A program made the translations under genes and the position numbers. Shown one piece after another: positions 33,327-45,194 of a stretch of DNA of 64,000 nt. The stretch's first letter is position 1. Every line of letters starts with the position of its first letter. This stretch comes from Haliotis cracherodii (Eukaryota), in NCBI RefSeq assembly GCF_022045235.1, contig NW_027266286.1:75392001-75456000 (forward strand), in the 5' to 3' direction. The notes under the pieces were generated by a model, which saw only the letters and a list, made by a program, of their open reading frames with translations, was not told the DNA's origin and ran no database searches.

Positions 33327-36300
33327 ATGTTGCTGTTGGTCGTAGCTCTCATCGTTCCTGCCCTGGGGGCCCGCCCAGGATTCCACTCCACGGGCAGTCT
33401 AGAGTGGAGAGACTGTGGTATGTAAATTGATTGAGTGAATTAATATTTTAACATGGCAATGTCAGCACTACAGCGCCGAGAACACATCCTACATTGTTGG
33501 TGGTTCGATTCCCAAATTCGCCATGAATACGATTCTAGATTTGTCTGCACCATATCCATGTGATGTGTTCTCTCAAGTCCAAACTTTAAACCATGTAGTC
33601 CTTCGGGCTTTCCTCCACGTCAAGATGACACGCCGTCATATAACTGAAATAGTGTTCAAAGGGGGGTTAAACTCACTTCACTCACTCACTCGCATATTGT
33701 AGACACTGATCATACGTTTTGAAAAGATACATGGGGATGGTTCGCAAGCAGTGATAAAGACCCCATCCACCAACAGATGTATAAAACGTTTGACGTGACT
33801 TTGTTGGCACAATACACGATGACTAGGAGGTAACAGTTGTATCATAATAAAGTCCGAATCTGTTGAAATCATTCAGATGAAAGATAACTATTAATAATCA
33901 ATCACACGTACATGCAAAGTTGATATCGATAGAATTTGTTGATTTTAATCGCCTACCAATGTCCCGAATCTATCGGAGTCTATACCCTGTGAGGCATGTC
34001 ACTATTCTATACGAGCCTATCAGAAACTATATACTGTAAGCTTTGCCTCGAAATGTTATGTGGACATGAGTGTATCTAATTCCATATACTGTAAGTGATG
34101 GCTCGAAATGTTATGTGGACATGCGTGTTTCTAATTCTATTTACTTTAAGGTATGGCTCGAAATGTTATGTGGGCGTGAGCGTCTCTAATTCTATAAACT
34201 GTAAGGCATCGCTCGAAATGTTATGTGAACATGAGTGCATCTAATTCCATATAATGTAAGTCATGGCTCGAAATGTTATGTGGACATGCGTGTTTCTAAT
34301 TCTATTTACTTCAAGGCATGGCTCGAAATGTTATGTGGACATGAGTGTATCAAATTCCATATACTCTAAGTCATGGCTCGAGATGTTATGTGGACATGAG
34401 TGTATCTAATTCTATTTACTTCAAGGCATGGCTCGAAATGTTATGTGGACATGAGTGTATCAAATTCCATATACTCTAAGTCATGGCTCGAGATGTTATG
34501 TGGACATGAGTGTATCTAATTCTATTTACTCTAAGGCATGGCTCGAAATGTTATGTGAACATGCGTGTTTCTAATTCTATTTACTTCAAGGCATGGCTCG
34601 AAATGTTATGTGGACATGAGTGTATCAAATTCCATATACTCTAAGTCATGGCTCGAGATGTTATGTGAACATGAGTGTATCTAATTCTATAAACTGTAAG
34701 GCATGGCTCGAAATGTTATGTGGACATTTCTGAGAATGTATGTTATTTGTCCAATGTCCTTTCATGGAGTTAGTTTGAAGCAAGCTATGTTTTTCCTTGA
34801 GATATTTATGTCATGTGTACTTCCATGTCAGGTGTGGGCTCCTCCTGGATTTCCGTGAAGCAGTTCGACATCAAGCCCAGCCCCATTGTGATCCCCGGAG
34901 ATATGACCGTGTCTCTTGATGGCACCATCAGCCACAAACTCGCAGACCAGGTCACACTGGACGTTCTCTTTGAGAAGTCGCTGCTCGGACGTTTCACCAA
35001 AGTGCCCTGCAAGGCTGATGTTGGCACATGGTAAGGGCCCTGCAAGTCTGATGTTGGCACGTGGTAAGTGCCCTGCAAGTCTGATGTTGGCACTTGGTAA
35101 GGGCTGAGAAAGTCAGTTGTTGGCACGTGGTAAGTGCCCTGCAAGTCTGATGTTGGCACATGGTAAGTGCCCTGCAAGTCAGATGTTGGCACATGGTAAG
35201 TGCCCTGCAAGTCTGATGTTGGCACGTGGTAAGTGCCCTGCAAGGCTGATGTTGGCACATGGTAAGTGCCCTGCAAGTCTGATGTTGGCACGTGGTAAGT
35301 GCCCTGCAAGTCAGATGTTGTCACTTGGTAAGGGCTGAGAAAGTCAGTTGTTGGCACGTGGTAAGTGCCCTGCAAGTCTGATGTTGGCACATGGTAAGTG
35401 CCCTGCAAGTCTGATGTTGGCACTTGGTAAGGGCTGAGAAAGTCAGTTGTTGGCACGTGGTAAGTGCCCTGCAAGTCAGACGTTGGCACGTGGTAAGTGC
35501 CCTGCAATTCTGACGTTGGCACGTGGCAAGTGCCCTGCAAGTCCGATGTTGGCACGTTCTGAGTAAGCTTGTTGTCAGCACATGGTAAGTACTGAGTAAG
35601 TTATTATTGCCGAATTTTGCCTACACGTCATCGTCAGGCACGCCTAGCCTTGTGTCGACAGCGAGGCTCAGAAGACAAGACTGGTCAGGCATGCTATTCA
35701 AGTTTCATCTTGACAGCTCTGATGGTCGTGCAAGGGCCTATGTGCATCTTGGAGAACGTTTTAGCGACGCCTGCGTTACTCAACGTCGTCTGTTTGAGGA
35801 TGGGAGTGTAATGGCATGGGGTGGTATCACAACTCATGGGAGAACACAACTCATCGTTGCTAATGAACATTTTAATGGTGTACGCTATCGGGGCGACATC
35901 GTCAGAGATCATATTCTACCCTTTGAGCAAATGCAGGGACATAACTTCACATGGCAGCAGGATAATGCCCGCAGACTTTTGAGGCAGAATAAAATTGCTG
36001 TACTGTCATGACCAGCTGTTTCTCGAGACCCATACAACATGTCAGGGATGAAATGGAACGATGCTTACGACAGGACCAGAACCAGCGGGTAACGCGAACT
36101 CAAGAGTAACATCCCTCTGGCTGTTTTCAATCATCTGGTGTCTTCAGTGTACCGCTGCTGCTTCTCTTGTATGAACACAAATTGTGGTCACACCCAACAT
36201 TGACATCGTATTTGAGTTGCTGCACCGCCCCTCCTGGTACCAAGTCTTTGTCAATACATTTCTCATGATAGAACATTAATAAGACGAATGACCAAATAGT

Positions 36301-36994
36301 ATGTTGTTATTTCAATACAAAAACATTTACATCACTTCGTATGAAGCATAACGTTTTCCGCTCTGATGTAAACAAATAGGTTAAAGTTTCACACTGTGAT
36401 AAAAGCAACGATCTGAGATAGTAATGACCTGCCCACAGCCACTACACCGACCCCTGCCACTTCCTGAGCGCCTTCAAACAACAGGGCACCTGTCCTGCCC
36501 AGCTGACTGCCAACGGCCTCCCCTGCACCTGCCCCTTCAGCCCCGACAAGCTCCACATGCCTCCTTCCAAGTTCACCGTCACCAACATCAGTGATGCCTG
36601 GAAATTCTTGGCCGACGTAAGTGAAGTTTGTTAACCAAACGTGTGATTTGGTTTCATTTGTACAGGTATTTCACGCCTTGGATAGTAAGGATTATGCCGA
36701 ATCTTGGCAAGACTTCTTAGACAATATAATAATTGAGAACTTTTAATTGTAAATGTATTCTTTATATCAAAGACTGACAATAGATTGAAACGAAGCGCAT
36801 AACCTTTCGGCTACCTTTCGTGATCTATGAGACGTCACTATAGTTCAGCGCTGGGGCATATTCCCATATTTACATTTTAAAATCACCCTGTTTATTTCCA
36901 GGGCGAGTACCACATAAAGATCACCATGAACGACAAGCACACTAGACAACTCCGTGCCTGTATGGAGGCCTACCTGACTATCGGCGTCAAGTAA
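33327..36994 (+). CDS. GM2A: Ganglioside GM2 activator-like ML-domain protein, copy 1 (exons 33327-33417, 34832-35030, 36439-36616, 36902-36994; 186 aa)
   Basis: Signal peptide MLLLVVALIVPALG, W.DC, P.PI.IPG, KVPC...GTC.Y.D.C, GLPCTCPF, GEY.I.I...RAC; GT-AG junctions in phase; AATAAA at ~37020. Confidence 0.9.
34025..34727. repeat. 55-bp tandem repeat, ~13 copies, in intron 1 of GM2A-like copy 1
   Basis: ggctcgaaatgttatgtggacatgagtgtatctaattc... period 55; related units at 62375-62680 in copy 3. Confidence 0.9.
35000..35600 (+). repeat. 33-bp minisatellite, ~17 copies, containing the exon-2 donor of GM2A-like copy 1
   Basis: Unit gtgccctgcaagtctgatgttggcacatg|gtaa; GT donors every 33 nt from 35031 to 35493, then one GC variant, plus a final GT donor at 35585. 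Confidence 0.95.
35607..36203 (+). mobile_element. Tc1 transposase fragment
   Basis: FHLDSSDGRARAY...SVMAWGGIT...QQDNAR...GHTQH. Confidence 0.85.
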
Positions 36995-37267
36995 AGTGAA
37001 ACACTTGTACAGTGAAGATAATAAATAACAACATATGTGTTTCTGATTGTCTTTGTAGAACAAATCCTTGCTAAATGTTACTGACATTTCATATTTAGTT
37101 GAAATAAAACTAGGAAGACATTATTAATTTTAGTATGTTTGGAAACATTCGACACGATTAGTCTCTATTGTGAATATACAACGTGGATGCCAGAGAATAA
37201 CTAAGCTTACTTATCCAAGGGAGACAAATGCTATTGGGCGTAAAAGGCGACATAGCGGTGAACATGA

Positions 37268-38175
37268 TACCGGGGCTGCTCACAAAGTTCAAAGCCTAAC
37301 AAACAGTACAAACAATTATTGTAAAAATGATTTTAATTTTATTTTTCAACATAACCCATTGCTTTTCATTACACTTCTCATATCGATGGTGAAGCTTTTT
37401 AATTTTGGTCAGGAAAAATGAGCCACCACGAAAAACCCAATCACCGCAAATTTGAGGTCAGGGTTGTCGTCATAGTGCTTTCCACGAAGGTGTCCTTTCC
37501 GTTAAGGAAACAAGTTGGAATCACTTGGAGCCAGGTCTGACGAGTATGGAGCTCTTCAAACCCACATTGTCGCACAGCAGCCTTTGCAAGTCGAGAGGTT
37601 TGAGAAGAGGCATTGTCATGAAGTAGTAGAACTCCAGCAGTCAGCATTCATCACCGCTCTTCTTTGATAGAATCTCTCAGGCGATAAAGCAAATCAGCAT
37701 AGTAGGCACCGGTAATCGTCTTTGACTTAATAAGTAATCAACAAGAATCACACTTTGCATCTCAGAATTCAGTGGCCATAACTTTCTTCACTGATCTTGA
37801 AGACTTGAATGCCGGAGAAGTGGAATGATGCCATTCCGTGGATAAACGTTTTGACTCGGGATCATAGTGGAAGACACATGTTTCATCACCCGTTTCTATT
37901 CTCTTTTTGAATTTGACAAAATCCTGCTCAATTGCCTCTAAATATTCTCTGTCCGTTTTTTCCCCTTAAGATCAGAATTTAGAAACTTTGGCACCCAACG
38001 AGCAGATATATTGTTCATCTGTAAATGTTGAGGAAAAATAGTTTCAATGGATCCACCTGTGTCTTCCTCAAGGTCAGCAATGCTAATACGTCTATCTGAC
38101 AGTATAAGTTTTTTCTATCTCCTTGACTGAATCTTCATGCATTGATTGAAGTTGAGGGACGTCCTGGAATTCTAT
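37268..38175 (-). mobile_element. Mariner-like transposase remnant
   Basis: GDETCVFHYDPESK and VLLLHDNASS...GFEEL motifs on minus strand, many disruptions. Confidence 0.8.
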
Positions 38176-41100
38176 CGAAAAAATATATATTGTCCCCGAA
38201 AATGTTTGAAAAGAATAATTATGCTTCCGGTTGTTCAAATGATAAGAAATTGCCTGCCATAATACTTACATTGTTGCAAGTATATTTCTTTATAAAGGCC
38301 CATAGTTTTAAATGAAAAGGAAATCTGGCGTGTAGCTGTAGCTGAACAAATATCTAATCTCGATACGAAATCCCAGCAGCCACTCCCCTTCCCCCACAAT
38401 ATCAGATGGTCGCACAGAGATTCACTTAATAAACCAATAAACACAAACCTTTATTTACTTATTAAGAAGCAAAGCACAACAATCACCATATACATTTCGG
38501 ATGGCATCAACATATAAAATTCAGCCTGTGTTAGGTTACGCCACTGTCCAAATTTGTGATGCCACGACGGTAATCGATGATCAGAGCGCATTTTGTTATT
38601 GCAAAGACCCCACAGTCGGAACTCACGCTCTTGTTTCACCCATGCATACATTTATGGCGTTTCAATCATTTGCTCTAAATGGGGAAAAACAGTCAATATA
38701 ATTAGGTGCTCAATAACCATGTTGATGCATCTACAGTTATTTTGGAACAAAGACAAACAGAAGGATCTCTGTCAGTGATTAACAAAATACACTGAAAAAT
38801 GATTCAGTTCAAATAAACCATCAAGGGGTAGACTGCCCCCTTGTTTATGGAATATCATTCTGCACTGTGAGCAGGGATCAAAGTGCACAAAAGGTATAGG
38901 AAAGTCACGACTATAATAGACCATCACTGTGGCGACTGCACTAGGTTATGGGAATTATTCTGCCCTCTGAGAACAAATTAAAAGGCGTGTGAGAATACTG
39001 TTACATTAGAAGCATAGACTCGTGAAGATCCGGGTCTTCAGCATCCCTTGCTTGTCCTTAGAGGCGACTAACAGGACTAATGGTGCATGTCATCTCATAC
39101 AAATTGCTTGGATCGATGCTCATGATGCTCAAGCTCAGACATGAGTCATCATGGACATCATCAAGGCCACCACAACTTATCACAAGGACAGAACTTTGTA
39201 ACGCTCAGCAACCTTAACTAAGTACAATGCACCACAGAGACAGAGACAGTCCTCCGGCATACCAAAATACCGACCCCAAGAACAAGCCTTGTTGTGGTTA
39301 GAATATAGGTTACAAAGTCACCAATAGCAATTATTTCACAGTTTTGGTCTCGTTATTGGGGTGATTAGTCAAGGATCTACACATGATAACTTCATTGTCA
39401 GAGACTGGTGTTTGGCGGTTTTAAACTGATTCCTTTAATTTACCGCTGCTTTGATGACAGGCCTCATGACATGTTGCTCGTGTTGAGGCAGCCGATGGCA
39501 ACTGCCTTGGAATTCAGTGTGACAAGGCCTTGTTTGGGATCCTGACGAAGCAATTACTCTTGTAATTCTCCTGGGTGGTTCTTCCCATCAACAGGATTTT
39601 TCTTTGAGATGTTACTCTTTCCAAATTCCAGAGTGAGTCGATGCTACTTGCGAAGGATTTTTTGTTTTAAGTTGACAAATCCAGGGGCGGGATCAGGTCA
39701 TCATGGGTAAAGAGCTTGACCAAGAGTTGGGCCCCTCTTGTCATCTATGATGAACGACGTAGTGAACTCGCGCATATGATTCCCTTCTCATTACATCAGT
39801 GCATTCTACGTGCACTGTGGTTAATTACAACTTGATGATCAAGCACAACGTGTGTTCAAGCACACTGGTGTCAAGATTTGGACACAGTGTCTATTGCCTT
39901 GTCAAGATCCAAAGCAAAAAAGTATCGAGCACATACTCGTCAGAACTTGATGTCTAAGGGACGATCCAACACAATGTGCAAAGTTGTTAGTAGACATCTA
40001 ACACCTGTCTGCGAAGAACAATTAGCTCATGACCGGAATTGACTGGATCTGAATGTTTGACCACAGGCAAGTTGTCCTTGGATATGGTGACTGACGGAAG
40101 GTAAATTTTCACATGTCTTATATTTCTCAATTTCTTTGGTGGCCTTGTGCCTTTGAGAAGGTGAGCATTGCCTGGCTCAGATCTTGGCCACTTTCTTGGA
40201 TAGTGCTCCTGGCTGTTCTGGTAGTGAAAGTTCACTAATTGTTTACTGATCTGTTTCTCACAACTGCCTATTCTGAGATCTGCGGGAAACAACTGACATT
40301 TCTTGTCATCAGATATATGAACCTGAATTATGGAGTCCTTGTCGCCGTTGTCGAGTCCTCAAGAACTGTTGCTGGCACATTTGGCAAACCTATTCATGTC
40401 CCCCGATTGTATGTGGATGGCCTGGGAGATTGGGGATCCATATTGTTCCTGACACAGTTTGACGGATCTGGCCAGGCCGGACAGTGTGAATCAGTAACTT
40501 TGTATTGTCCTGCTGCTCAGTGTCTTCACCCTGACCATAAATTTCCTGTCACTGTCGGGAAGGAATTTGCTATCACTAAGAGAATGTCCATCATCGCCAC
40601 GTCCTGCAGCCTTGAACAGTGGACTTGTTTTCGTGAACTTCAGAGGCATACGTTTACAATTTCGTTTACATTTTAGCATCCTCACCTAACAGGATTTCAT
40701 CACAATCAAGGCCAGGAGCCTGTGAAATTTCCCGTTTTACTAATTCAATGGTTCTGGAGCGGAGATCGGTGCCATAACGTTACTTGACTAATCTTGTTGA
40801 GCCAAGTCTCAGCCAATGATGTAAAATGTTCTTTGTGTTCTTCTTGAGCTACCCTAGTGGGATACTCCCCCCCCCCCCCCCCCCCCCAACACACACACAT
40901 CATGCCAAAAGAGGAGTATCTTCCACACATGAGTCTCTGAAACAGGTCTTTGGGTATCTCATCTGGTTCAGTTAGATTTCAACTAAGTCGAGGAAAAGTA
41001 CCACTGTTGTTTGAAACCCAAAGTGAAGGTGGTTTGTATGAAATCCAAAGATGTTGATGACCTGATAATTGTGTTTCTCAATATAGTCTTTGCAAATGTA

Positions 41101-41254
41101 GGGGATACTCGATATTAGTTTCTTGTAATTGTCGTGAAAATGATGAACGAATTAGGAACACATTACAGCGGCAGTGAGGTATGACAGAAACTGTTATGAC
41201 CGCCAAAGATCTTGAAAGATGACAGATGTAAGATTGGAAGTTAAACATTGGAAC

Positions 41255-41650
41255 ATTCATTCATTCCACGAAGAATACTGCGTATCAGTCTCCCAATGGC
41301 GATTTGGGGCAATCTATCCCATTCTTCTTGGAGCACCTGGTTAAGTTCAGCCAACGTGGTCAGCAGCCACGGTATTCTATGGATGTGATGCTGCAGGAGC
41401 CGAGCATTGACGATCTGTGAAGACGAGCACGGGTGTTGTCGTCCTGAAAGACAAAACGTCGACCCACACACCTTGTAAACAACTAAGGGTGTCAGTATGT
41501 TGTCCTGATAGTACTGCCTAGTGACCCTTCCTTGTACAACATGGAGTGGGGTTTACTCAGTCGTACACCTAACCCCATAACCGATCCACCACCAAATCTG
41601 TTATAAGGTCTCGAGTCGACATTGGCTTGACGTTCAATTCGACGTTGTCA
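41255..41650 (-). mobile_element. Tc1 transposase fragment
   Basis: LAELNQVLQEEWDRLPQIAIGRLIRS. Confidence 0.7.
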
Positions 41651-41654
41651 GTCA

Positions 41655-43720
41655 CATCCACCCTCACACAAGTCTCACACAAATCTCTAAACCCTAACAC
41701 TGGTCTCTCCACCCTAACACTGGTCTCTCCATCCTCACACAAGTCTCTCCATACTCACACTGGTCTCCCCATCCTCACACTGGTCTGCCCATCCTCACAC
41801 TGGTCTCTTCATCCTCACACTGGTCTCTCCATCCTCAAACTGGTCTCTCCATCCACACACTGGTCTCTTCATCCTCACACTGGTCTCTTCATCCTCACAC
41901 AAGTATCTCCATCCTCAAACTGGTCTCTCAATCCTCACACTGGTCTCTTCATCCTCACGCTGGTCTCTCCATCCTCACACTGGTCTCTTCATCCTCACAC
42001 AAGTATATCCATCCTCAAACTGGTCTCTCAATCCTCACACTGGTCTCTTCATCCTCACACTGGTCTCTCAATCCTCAAACTGGTCTCTCCATCCTCACAC
42101 TGGTCTCTCCATCCTCACACTGGTCTCTTCATCCTCACACTGGTCTCCCCATCCTCACACTGGTGCCTTCATCCTCACACTGCTCTCTCCATCCTCACAC
42201 TGGTCTCTTCATCCTCACACTGGTCTCTTCATCCTCAAACTGGTCTCTCCATCCACACACTGGTCTCTTCATCCTCAAACTGGTCTCTCCATCCTCACAC
42301 TGGTCTCTGCATTCTCAAACTGGTCTCTCCATCCTCACACTGGTCTCTTCATCCTCACACTGGTCTCTCCATCCTCACACTGGTCTCTCCATCCTCACAC
42401 TGGTCTCGCCATTATCACACTGGTCTCTCAATCCTCACACTGGTCTCCCCATCCTCACACTGGTCTCTCAATCCTCACACTGGTCTCTTCATCCTCACAC
42501 TGGTCTCTTCATCCTCACACTGGTCTCTCAATCCTCACACTGGTCTCTCCATCCTCACACTGGTCTCTCCATCCTCACACTGGTCTCGCCATTATCACAC
42601 TGGTCTCTCAATCCTCACACTGGTCTCCCCATCCTCACACTGGTCTCTCAATCCTCACACTGGTCTCTTCATCCTCACACTGGTCTCTCCATCCACACAC
42701 TGGTCTCTTCATCCTCAAACTGGTCTCTCCATCCTCACACTGGTCTCTCAATCCTCACACTGGTTTCTCCATCCTCAAACTGGTCTCTTCATCCTCATAC
42801 TGGTCTCTCAATCCTCACACTGGTCTCTTCATCCTCACACTGGTCTCTTCATCCTCACACTGGTCTCTCCATCCTCACACTGGTCTTTCCATCCTCACAC
42901 TGGTCTCTCCACCCTCACACAAGTCTCTCCATCCTCACACAAGTCTCTCCACCCTCAAACTGGTCTCTCAGTCCTCACACTGGTCTCTCCACCCTGTCAC
43001 AAGTCTCTCCATCCTCACACTAGTCTCTCCACCCTCACACTAGTCTCTCCACCCTCAAACTGGTCTCTCAATCCTCACACTGGTCTCTCCACCCTCACAC
43101 AAGTCTCTCCACCCTCAGACAAGTCTCTCCACCCTCACACTGGTCTCTCCATCCTCACACTAGTCTCTCCACCCTCACACTAGTCTCTCCACCCTCAAAC
43201 TGGTCTCTCAATCCTCACACTAGTCTCTCCACCCTCACACAAGTCTCTCCACCCCCAGACAAGTCTCTCCGACCTCACACAAGTCTCTCCATCCTCACAC
43301 TAGTCTCTCCATCCTCACACTAGTCTCTCCACCCTCACACTAGTCTCTCCACCCTCACACAAGTCTCTCCACCCTCACACTGGTCTCTCCACCCTCACAC
43401 AAGTATCTCCACCCTCACACAAGTCTCTCCACCCTCACACTGGTCTCGCCATCCTCACACTGGTCTCGCCATTATCACACTGGTCTTTCCATCCTCACAC
43501 TGGTCTCTCCACCCTCACACTGGTCTCTCCATCATCACACTATTCTCTCCATCCTCACACTGGTCTCTCCATCATCACACAAGTCTTGCCACCCTCATAC
43601 TGGTCTCTCCATCATCACACAAGTCTCGCCACCCTCACACTGGTCTCTCCATCATCACACAAGTCTTGCCACCCTCACACTGGTCTCTCCATCATCACAC
43701 TGGTCTCTCCATCCTCACAC
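41655..43720. repeat. 20-bp minisatellite, ~100 copies
   Basis: tggtctctccatcctcacac. Confidence 0.95.
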
Positions 43721-44208
43721 TTGTACTCAGCTCTGTCCCTGAATCAGTGTATAGCATAGTTAAACTTCACTTTCACAAGCTATGCTCACCAGATGGGGGA
43801 TTTTCCCTGCGTCTCTTATATGCCAAGTACCGATGTTCATTCACAAAATTAGTAAAAAATAATAAATATCTGTAATTACTTATCTATAAAATACTGCTCT
43901 GAGAAGTTACATTTGATTTTTGTATGTTTAATGTGCTTTGCAGGAGTGTGACATTATATGCCTACATTAGTCACGTTTATAAAATGTTATAGCTGGTTTC
44001 TTGTATTAACAGTCGTCGCTTAAATGCACAAATGCTGACGCTCATTGTGTATCAAGCTATGCCGATGACCTCTATGGCGGCATATGCGAACTGACAGAAA
44101 CTGCAGACAGTGCAAAGTCCATACACAAATAAATCAATGCATTAAACACCAGTCACAGTGTGAGTTAAAAGACACTTTCTCCTCTGAAGGACTTGGCTGA
44201 AATGTATG

Positions 44209-44302
44209 GTGAGTGAGTGAGTGAGTGAGTGAGTTGGTGGGTGAGTTGGTGGGTGGGTTTGAGTGAGTGAGTGAGTGAGTGAGTGAGTGAGTGAGTGAGT
44301 GA
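44209..44302. repeat. (GAGT)n microsatellite
   Basis: gtgagtgagt run. Confidence 0.95.
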
Positions 44303-45108
44303 GCTTTATATCAATCCACATGTCATCTCCACACTGACAAAGTGAGCCAAGGACATCTACTCCAGCATCCTTGATTTAAACATGAACTTTATCATCTGCA
44401 CCATGTCTTCACCAACCTCAACCAGTATCCTACCGAACTAGGAGGACCATCCCACAACACTCCAGCCCAAACCCAAACCGACCTGACCAGACCGTACCTA
44501 TATTGGCAAGATTTCACATCAAATCATCAGATTACTGAGGCAGCAAGCATGCATTGATACCATCTTCACTGGCATCCCATCCCTCAGGACCATCCTCCAC
44601 GCCACAACCCTCCCTCCAGGAGGCAACTCGACAAAGGAGATTAATTGTAACTGTAGCGATTCGTACATTGGTGAAACCAGCAAAGACTCACTACCTCGCT
44701 ACCGAACATCAGAAAGAAACGTCGCTAAATGTTAAAACCCCTAAAGTTGTACATGCTATGCATAAAGTTGTATGCCTTGTCAGCCCTTATAAATATCTGA
44801 TATAAAATATGTTTCAAAATGCTGTGTCTATACTGTTACAACATCAGCTATGTACCATTTAGGAAACGTTCAAACAAAAGTCCTTCTGTGTCTTTGCGTC
44901 CATTCACCGTCATCTTTCTGTTGCACATATAATCCAGGAGACAATATTTAATCTACCATGTGTTGTGTCCCAGAGCGGGCGTTTGACGTCTAAGGTAACG
45001 AAAGTATTGCAGCTCCTGCAGTGCATGCTTCCTAAAGCATATGCTATCTGCTACTTGACATCCAGGGCATCTGTGAACCCGATTCGGCGAACCCCTGCAC
45101 GCCCCTTG

Positions 45109-45147
45109 GTCACGTGGACTCTCCCTCTCTATCGGAGTGTATATACA
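45109..45147 (+). promoter_or_regulatory. E-box/CLEAR-like plus TATA-like motifs, copy 2
   Basis: gtcacgtgg...tgtatataca conserved although the adjacent upstream segment is deleted in this copy. Confidence 0.5.
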
Positions 45148-45194
45148 GGTTGCCAGTCAGTGTCTGGCTCTACTCGGTCAGTGTAAGGTTTATC

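Noticed and set aside
39190-41000. Possible decayed retroelement coding region
   Set aside because: Coding-like composition, but I could not recover diagnostic RT or endonuclease motifs by eye.
41627-43183. 518-aa His/Ser/Leu ORF
   Set aside because: 20-bp minisatellite cycling through frames.
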